In this document: in pieces, positions 56,604 through 64,000 of the stretch | How positions within the stretch are numbered: the first letter of the stretch is position 1 | How the letters are laid out: every line of letters starts with the position of its first letter | Assembly: GCA_951406725.2 (NCBI GenBank) | Contig: OX597814.1 | Span: 16,864,001-16,928,000 of the forward strand | Length of the DNA stretch: 64,000 nt | Direction: 5' to 3' | Source: Octopus vulgaris | Taxonomy: Eukaryota | The notes under the pieces: model-generated | Databases searched by the model: none | The model's input: only the letters and a program-made list of their open reading frames with translations | Told to the model about the DNA's origin: nothing | Made by a program: the position numbers and the translations under genes

Positions 56604-57759
56604 TAGGGGTTGGACAAAGTAATGGAAACACCATAAAATTTCAAACAAATTTACTTTAATATGGTGTAGGACCACCTTTAGCAGTAATTACACCTTGAAT
56701 TCTACGATGTATGGACTCGTACAAATTTTGAATTGTTTCCAAAGGAATGTTTGTCCATTCTTCAGCTGAAACAGTCTCCAGTTCTTGTAGTGATGATGGT
56801 GGAGGATATTAAATCCTTACTTGTTTTTCTAAAATGCACCATAAATGTTCAGTAATATTGAGATCTGGAGACTGTGGTGGCTAGATAAGTTCAACTTCAC
56901 TAGAATATTCCTCATGCCATTCAGTAACAAATTTAACTGTGTGAATTGGTACATTATCATCCTGAAAGATTGCGTTTTCCTCCAGGAACCGTTCGGCAAC
57001 ATAGGATGAATTTGATCAAATAAAATGCTTAAATAGTCTTGACTATTAATTCTGCCATGAAGAGAAACCGGCTAATTTCCAAGATATATATTCCCCCACC
57101 AGAACATTACAGATCCTCCTTTATGTTTAACATTTGGAAGAAGGCAGTCTGGGTCAGATACTTCTTTTGGCTGTCCCAGAAAATAAAATTCTTCCACTGC
57201 TCTAGGGACCAGTTCTGTAGGATTTTACTCCACTCTAAAAACTTTGCAATGTTTGCTTCCTAATTGCAGCTCTCTCGTGAAATCCGGCTTGTGGAAAGTG
57301 GGATCTTGAGGTGGTCATTACGTTCAGCAGTAATCTGGGGATCTGTGCTTTTGTGATCCATTCTAACAACTCACGTTAGAGTCTGACTGTCCCTATCTGA
57401 AAGATTTGGTTTTCTTCCGGAGTTTTGTTTCAACAAGGAGGTCTTTCTCTCCTTCTCAAAGGCTGCCATTACTTTCGAGACAGCACTTCTTGATACATCA
57501 AATATTTCGGTTGCTTTCGTTACGCTAGCACCTGCCATACTAACACCAACAATTTCACCTATATGAAAGTCTGATAGATCTGTCACTTTAATGAATTTTA
57601 ATTACCTTTTTCTGATGATAACTGAAAAGAAACAGCAAGCTATTAAGCAACACTAACAATGAATCAAAAAACAAAATTAAACAAGGTTTTGACGGTTTTA
57701 TAGACATTTCAAAATTATGATGCTGTGATGCTAGGTGTTTCCATTATTTTGTCCAACCC

Positions 57760-57762
<3 letters not shown>
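56604..57762 (-). mobile_element. Tc1-like DNA transposon with both TIRs and a decayed transposase
   Basis: 29-bp TIRs (C/T)AGGGGTTGGACAAA(A/G)TAATGGAAACACC (27/29 match), flanked by TA on both sides. Confidence 0.92.
56660..57586 (-). pseudogene. Tc1-family transposase pseudogene
   Basis: N-terminal HTH (DLSDFHIGEIVG..VSRSAVSKV..SGRKPNLSDRD) and catalytic remnants IFQDDNVPIHT..PPQSPDLNITEHLW, with stops and frameshifts. Confidence 0.85.
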
Positions 57763-57808
<46 letters not shown>

Positions 57809-58147
57809 TGTGTATCTATATGTGTATGTGTTTTTGTATTTGTGTTTGTACCACAACCATCGGTTGACAACCGATGTTGGTGTGTTTACGTCCCCGTAAC
57901 TTAGTTGCTCAGAGAAAGAGGCCGATAGAACAAGTACTAGGCTTACAAAGAATAAGTACTAGGCCCGATTTCTTCGGATAAAACCCTTTAAAGTGGTGTA
58001 CCAGCATGGCTGGAGTAAAATGACTGAAACAAGTGATAGAATGAAAAAATAAGAAAGAGTATATCCCGTTTAAAATAGTTTTTGGAACTTCGATCCTGCG
58101 TATCGATTACACTTCACAATGTCTGCCTTCAATATTTTATAAATGTC

Positions 58148-58738
58148 AAGGCGGCGAGCTGGCAGAAACCTTAGCACGCCGGGCGAAATGCTTAGCAGTA
58201 TTTCGTCTGCATTTACGTTCTGAGTAAAAATTCCGCCGAGGTTGACTTTGCCTTTCATCCTTTCGGGGTCGATTAAATAAGTACCAGTTACGCACTGGGG
58301 TCGATATAATCGACTTAATCCGTTTGTCTGTCCTTGTTTGTCCTCTCTGTGTTTAGCCCCTTGTGGGCAGTAAAGAAACAGAAATAGGTATTTCGTCTGC
58401 CACTACGTTCTGAGTTCAAATTCCGCCGAGGTTGACTTTGCCTTTCATCCTTTCGGGGTCGATTAAATAAGTACCAGTTACGCACTGGGGTCGATATAAT
58501 CGACTTAATCCGTTTGTCTGTCATTGTTTGTCCTCTCTGTGTTTAGCCCCTCGTGGGTAGTAAAGAAATAGGTGTTTCGTCTGCCTTTACGTTCTGAGTT
58601 CAAATTCCGCCGAGGTCGACTTTGGCTTTCATCCTTCCGGGATCGATAAATTAAGTGCCATTTGCGTACTCAGGTCGATCTAATCGACAGGCCCCCTCCC
58701 CAAAAATTTCGGGCATTGTGTCTAGAGTAGAAAAGAAT
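58148..58738 (+). mobile_element. SINE family A with triplicated ~185-bp body
   Basis: TTTCGTCTGC..GTTCTGAGT..GACTTTG(C/G)CTTTCATCC recurs at ~58200, ~58390 and ~58575. Confidence 0.88.
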
Positions 58739-59823
58739 ACTTTATTTCAGACCCTGCTAAGGTTTAACTTAGACTATCGTCGATAAAAGAGCTAACATTT
58801 CCAGTGTAGTGAGTTCTAACCACAATGCAGACAGTATGTTTATATGAATGTATAGATAGATAATGTGTGTGTGTATGTGTGTATGTATGTATGTGTGTGT
58901 ATGTTTGTTTATTTGCTACGTTTGTGCATGAATGCGTGTACTTAATTAGGGATGTATGTCCCCGTATTGGAGAATTATCTTTTAATTAGTTGCGTTTGTA
59001 TAATTATTTAAGTATATTTGCTAATATTGATTTTATTCTCATAATGATTTTTACATTTAATTGCCATTTTCCTTTTCTCGGTCGTTCTTTGTATGAGTCG
59101 GGTGTTCTTGTACGTATGCTTCAATAAATGTGTGTTAATTAGTGTTTGAAAGGCCAATTGTTTGTCCGATGTTTAATTAGTACAGCACATTCTATGTAAA
59201 AATTCTCCATGAAAGTTTATAATGCAATGGTATTCATATGAAGTTCTGATTCCTTTTCTAATGAGAACACCAATTGAGAACACACATTCGTAATCATTCA
59301 GCTGAGAACGACTTCTGTAGAAGCGGCCACTTAGTTACTAGATTACCCAAATTTATAGAAATAGCAGCAAGTACTTCCTCATATCAAACTCGTCTGTCTT
59401 AGAAAAAACATTTGTTTGATAACGTATCCCCTTGTACACAATTTCACAAAGAAAAAGAATCAGAAAGAAACGAAAAAAAAGAAAAGAATGAAAGAAATTT
59501 AGAAGGGTGTTGTCTAGCTTTTTATGCGTTAGACTACATGTCTTCTTACTTGTGGCTGAGTTGGATCAAATAATGTTCGTTCCTATAATCAGAGTAAGAT
59601 TATTAAGCATATAATGTAAGTGCGTTCGTTTCATATAGATTGTTTAAAGGGCGCCCGAAATATTGTTTATTTCCCTTTCTTTCTTTGATATATTAACATA
59701 ATGTATAGTTAGAAAATGGAAAAGCAGCTGAAGTTGAAAATTTTTGAGTGTCTCCATTCCTTTCTTTAACCAGATATGCATAAATGACAAGTCGCACTCA
59801 AACTGCGTGAGTTCACACACACA

Positions 59824-60048
<225 letters not shown>

Positions 60049-60197
60049 GCACACATACAGACACATATGTGTGTGTGGATATGTACGTATGAAGTAAAAC
60101 GTTATTTGCCAACCTAATGTGGCAGTTCCGATTGTGACGAATGCTACATACATGCTATATATGTATATATGTATACGTATATTTATCTATCAGTCTA

Positions 60198-60322
<125 letters not shown>

Positions 60323-61223
60323 GTATATATATATGTGTGTGTATGTATATATATATATACTCACACACAGTGTAGAGTATTGTATCTCAGTAATATTCAT
60401 TGAAATAGGTGAGAAATACTTGTTAATACATAGATTGTTCTGTTTATTAATTACTTATACATTCAATGTTTCGTTTGCTACTGATAGGAACGTATCTTTG
60501 TTGGATACATCGTTACACATTCATTGTTTCGCTTGTTAATGTGCTGCAAACAACATTGGTTACGAATGCATGGAATATGGAAATGCACGTTGAAGGATTA
60601 CAAAGGAGACAACCGCCTATAATATAAAATAAAAATAAAAATAAAACAGAAATTTTATACCATGAGCCGAACATTGAATAGAAGACAATCTATTATCAAA
60701 CGAAAGCCAGAATGAAAAGTATAACGTTGTTCTTTGAATTAAAGATTCAAAATGTCTGCCTTTAAACTATAGATGCAAGAGGGAATCGATTTTACGAGAT
60801 GATTTTCACCTGCACCAATGTCTTGCGTTGGTAAACTTTTTTGTTTCTAGGGAATACCATCAGCCTTCCTTTCTGCTGCCATTAGTAATTTGTCAATCAG
60901 GAATTTGATAATTCCGTACCAATGTTGCTGTTGTTTCTTTTTATTAACATCATCTTAGCCAGGTTGCTTTCGAGCTCTACGAAAAAAAAGCAAAGAAAGA
61001 AAGAAAGTAAAACATAACAAAAAAGAGATCAAACAAATACAAATCACAAAATACATTTCCATAGATTTTTAAGTTTTGTTCTGTGAGTTCTATGATATTT
61101 ATATATCAAATTATATATATATATAACGGGAAGCTTTATGAAAATAAACAAAAGACGAAGGCAGGTGGAAAACAAACGAACAATTGTATTAGTATGGCGC
61201 TCAGGAAATATAAATAAAACAAG

Positions 61224-61261
61224 TCTTTAACGTTTCGAGTCTACGCTCTTCAACAGAAAGA
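61224..61261 (-). ncRNA. Minimal type I hammerhead-ribozyme-like motif in the Penelope 3' repeat (non-canonical core)
   Basis: Minus strand TCTTT-CTGTTGA-A-GAG cgtaga CTC-GAAA-CG-TT-AAAGA: 5-bp stem I, 3-bp stem II, palindromic ACGT stem III. Core has U at position 6 and an extra A. Confidence 0.6.
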
Positions 61262-61439
61262 TACACAGAGAGAGAAAAACACAGAAAGAGGAGAGAAAAA
61301 AAATGCGTGCAGTAGCTAACGAATCAACATGGCGATCTGATTTCGGCCAGAGGTCAAAGATCAAACATGAGACGCGAGAGCGAAATAAGGGGAGATAATA
61401 GGGTTGATAAAAGGGTTGAGGGACCAGCTAAAAGTGCGT

Positions 61440-61760
61440 GGGAGGGGTCTGGATGTGTGTATGTATAGGGTTGGTGTATGTATTAGTATGTATAAGGGTG
61501 TGTGTGTGTGTGTGTGTGTATGAGAGAGTATTAGTGCATAGGATTGGTCTGGACGTGCGTATGTATGGGGTTGGTGTATGTATTAGTATGTATTAGTATG
61601 TATTAGTACGTATTAGTATGTATAGGTGTGTGTGTGAGAGAGTATAAGTGCGTATGCGGGGTCTGGACGTGTGTATGTATAGGGTTGGTGTAAGTATTAG
61701 TATGTACTAGTATGTATTAGTACGTATAAGTATGTATTAGTTGGTGTGTGTATTAGTATG
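61440..61760. repeat. Minisatellite in the Penelope 3' region (three ~100-115 bp units with TATTAGTATG sub-repeats)
   Basis: GTCTGGAYGTGYGTATGTAT(A/G)GGGTTGGTGTA recurs at ~61447, ~61547 and ~61661. Confidence 0.8.
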
Positions 61761-63926
61761 GCACATCATATGTGATGTGATGTGTAAAGTCATGTGGTGT
61801 AGTGAGGAGAAGAGGGGGAGGGGGAGAGAAGGGGAGGGGAAGAAGAGAGGGAGGAGAAGGGGGAAGAGGAGAGGAGGGAGAGAAGGAAGGGGAGGAGGGG
61901 GATGAAGGAGGAAAGAGGGAGAGGGGGAGAGAGGGAGCAGAGGGAAGGGGAAGAGGGAGGGAGAAAGAGGGAAGAGGGGAAGGGGAGTAGGGATGAAAGG
62001 ATGAAGGACTGAAGAAGTAGGGGTCGGGGGAGAAAGGATAGGTGAGGAGGGGGAGAGGGGGGTTAGATGAGGAGGGGGGAGAGTTTAGACCAAATGGCGT
62101 ATAAGAGCGAAGAGAGAAGATTAATTCCTGTTCACGGCGCAAACGGGAATCCGGATGGCCTCTGTGTAAGGACAAACCGAACACAGATAGGTGTTGCAAG
62201 GAGTGACCGGTGGAGCGGAAATGTCGTGAGACCGGTGTGTCGTTCGCAAGGTGGATGTCACGAAGGTGTTCCGCGAACCGGTCAGCCAAGCGGCGTCCCG
62301 TTTGTCCGATGTACAAGGAATTGCAGAGAGAGCAAGAGATGCAATAGATAATATTGCTGGAGGTGCAGGTGAAGGAGTGGATGATGGGATAGGGTCGATG
62401 GTGGGTGCTAGTGAGGCGGGTGGTGTTGGAGAGGTATGGGCAAGTGCGGCAACGTGGGCGGGAGCAGGGGAACGAGCCGGGTTGGGAGGTAGGGTCAGGG
62501 AAGGAGCTATGGACCAAAAGGTCTCGAAGGTTGTGGGCTCGTTTGAAAGAGGGGAGGGGTCGGTTAGGGAAGAGGTGTGAAGTGGAGGGGTCGGACTGGA
62601 GATGACGGAAAGCTCGAAGAATGGTGCGTTGGAGACGTAGGGTCGTGGGGTGGTAAGTGAGGGGAAAAGGGAGGCGGGAGACTACAGGGCGGGTTCGGGG
62701 AGAGAGAGCAGATACACGGTCCACGGACCGTGCTCTGGCAAGGGCGGTGTGGATAGTGGTGAGGGGGTATCCACGTAGGGTGAAGTGGTGAGCCATACGT
62801 TGAGACTGAGTCTCAAAGTCATGGTCGTCACTACAGAGCCTACGTAGACGGAGGAATTGGGAATAGGGGATGGAAAGCTTGGTGTGTTCTGGGTGGGAGG
62901 AAGAGAAGTTGAGGTATGAGTGTGAGTCTGTGTGTTTGTAGTGAATGGAGGTGGTAAGAGTGGAGTGAAGAATGCTAAGCGAAATGTCGAGGAAGGAGAC
63001 AGAGGTGTTGGAGATAGTGGAAGTGAAGTGGAGGGCTGGATGGAAAGATTGGACGAAAGAGAGGAAGGAATCTAGATGTTCGCGGGAGAGTGAGGTGGCA
63101 CCGATAATGTCGTCAATATAACGACCATATAGTTCAGGAGTGGGACCAGTGAAATTAGAGAATATTTGGGCCTCAACATAGCCAACGAACAGGTTCGCAT
63201 AGTTGGGGCCCATTCGCGTTCCCATGGCCACTCCCGAGACCTGATGGTAGAACTCGCCCGCGAACGAGAAGCAGTTCAGAGTAAGGACAAGTTCGGCCAG
63301 ACGAATGAGTGTGGAGGTGTCAGGTACAGGGTTAGAGCGGAGGTCAAGAAAGTGTCGAAGGGCCTGCAGTCCTTCGTGGTGAGGGATAACAGTATAGAGG
63401 CTTTGGATGTCCATAGTAAAAAGGATTTTGGAGGAGCCGGGAGGAAAGGAGAAAGAGTTGAAAAGCCGGAGAGCATGGTTGGTATCGTGGATGTGGGAGG
63501 GAAGAGATGCCACTAGGGGGGCAAGGACACGGTCGAGGTATTTAGAGATGAGCTCCGTGGGGCAGTTACAGGCGGAGACGATGGGGCGGCCAGGGTTGTT
63601 GGGTTTGTGGATTTTGGGGAGGAAGTAAATGGTGGGGGTACGTGGGGTTCGCACAATTAGGTTGGATGCGGTGCGGGGGAGACGGGAGGACGAGATGAGG
63701 TCTTGGACAGTAGAGGATACCGTCTGTTGGTAGCTACGTGTGGGGTTAGAGGGCAGAGGGAAATAGAAGGAGGTGTCATTGAGTTGGCGGAAAGCCTCGG
63801 CCCTATAGAGGTCCGCGCGCCACACCACTACAGCTCCACCCTTGTCAGCCGGTTTGATGATAATGTCAGCGCGCCGTTGGAGGGAACGAAGAGCCAAGAG
63901 CTCAGCCGGGGAGATGTGAGGCGGCG

Positions 63927-63927
<1 letters not shown>
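61753..63927 (-). CDS. Penelope-like reverse transcriptase / GIY-YIG endonuclease polyprotein (N-terminally truncated, no internal stops)
   Basis: PLE RT motifs IIIKPADKGGAVVV, YFLPKIHK..PGRPIVS, TMDIQSLYT, GVAMGTRMGPNYANLF, RYIDD, SFLD. Linker PCSRPRCRTC. GIY-YIG region NIIYCISCSLCNSLYIGQTGRRLADRFAEH ... PFGLN. The track's first 19 aa (MNIYIY...) are translated (TA)n and are excluded here. Confidence 0.93.
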
Positions 63928-63983
<56 letters not shown>

Positions 63984-64000
63984 TATATATTCATATATAT

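Larger units (their letters stand above)
56371..58055 (+). mobile_element. SINE family B split by the Tc1 element
   Basis: 5' half 56371-56603 and 3' half 57763-58055 rejoin across the internal microsatellite. Confidence 0.8.
61126..63927 (-). mobile_element. Penelope-like retroelement (Neptune-like), 5'-truncated, inserted in a (TA)n microsatellite
   Basis: RT + GIY-YIG ORF followed by a 3' non-coding region with a minisatellite and a hammerhead-like motif. Both ends abut (TA)n (61112-61125 and 63928 onward). Much more GC-rich than the flanks. Confidence 0.95.

Noticed and set aside
62067-63628. Plus-strand ORFs overlapping the Penelope element
   Set aside because: Antisense shadows of the GC-rich RT coding sequence.

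Overview
AT-rich eukaryotic non-coding DNA dominated by microsatellites and interspersed repeats. The SINE families and repeat content look like an octopus (coleoid cephalopod) intron or intergenic region; this taxon call is an inference. No host protein-coding exon, tRNA or rRNA gene could be supported, and almost all ORFs in the supplied track are translated microsatellites. The only long genuine reading frame is a 5'-truncated Penelope-like retroelement (RT + Cys-rich linker + GIY-YIG, Neptune-like) at 61126-63927 (-), inserted in (TA)n. The window also holds a decayed Penelope copy with ~520-bp inverted arms, six R4/Dong-like LINE fragments mostly tied to (TAA)n, a full-span Tc1 element, mariner and piggyBac remnants, two non-autonomous Helitrons and many tRNA-derived SINE copies. 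The most interesting signal is a set of minimal type I hammerhead-ribozyme-like motifs in short, mostly (TA)n-associated retroelement remnants. The best, at 17897-17938 (-), folds fully and carries a compensatory U3-A8 core pair and a GUC cleavage site. All folds and alignments were done by eye, and boundaries of decayed repeats are approximate.
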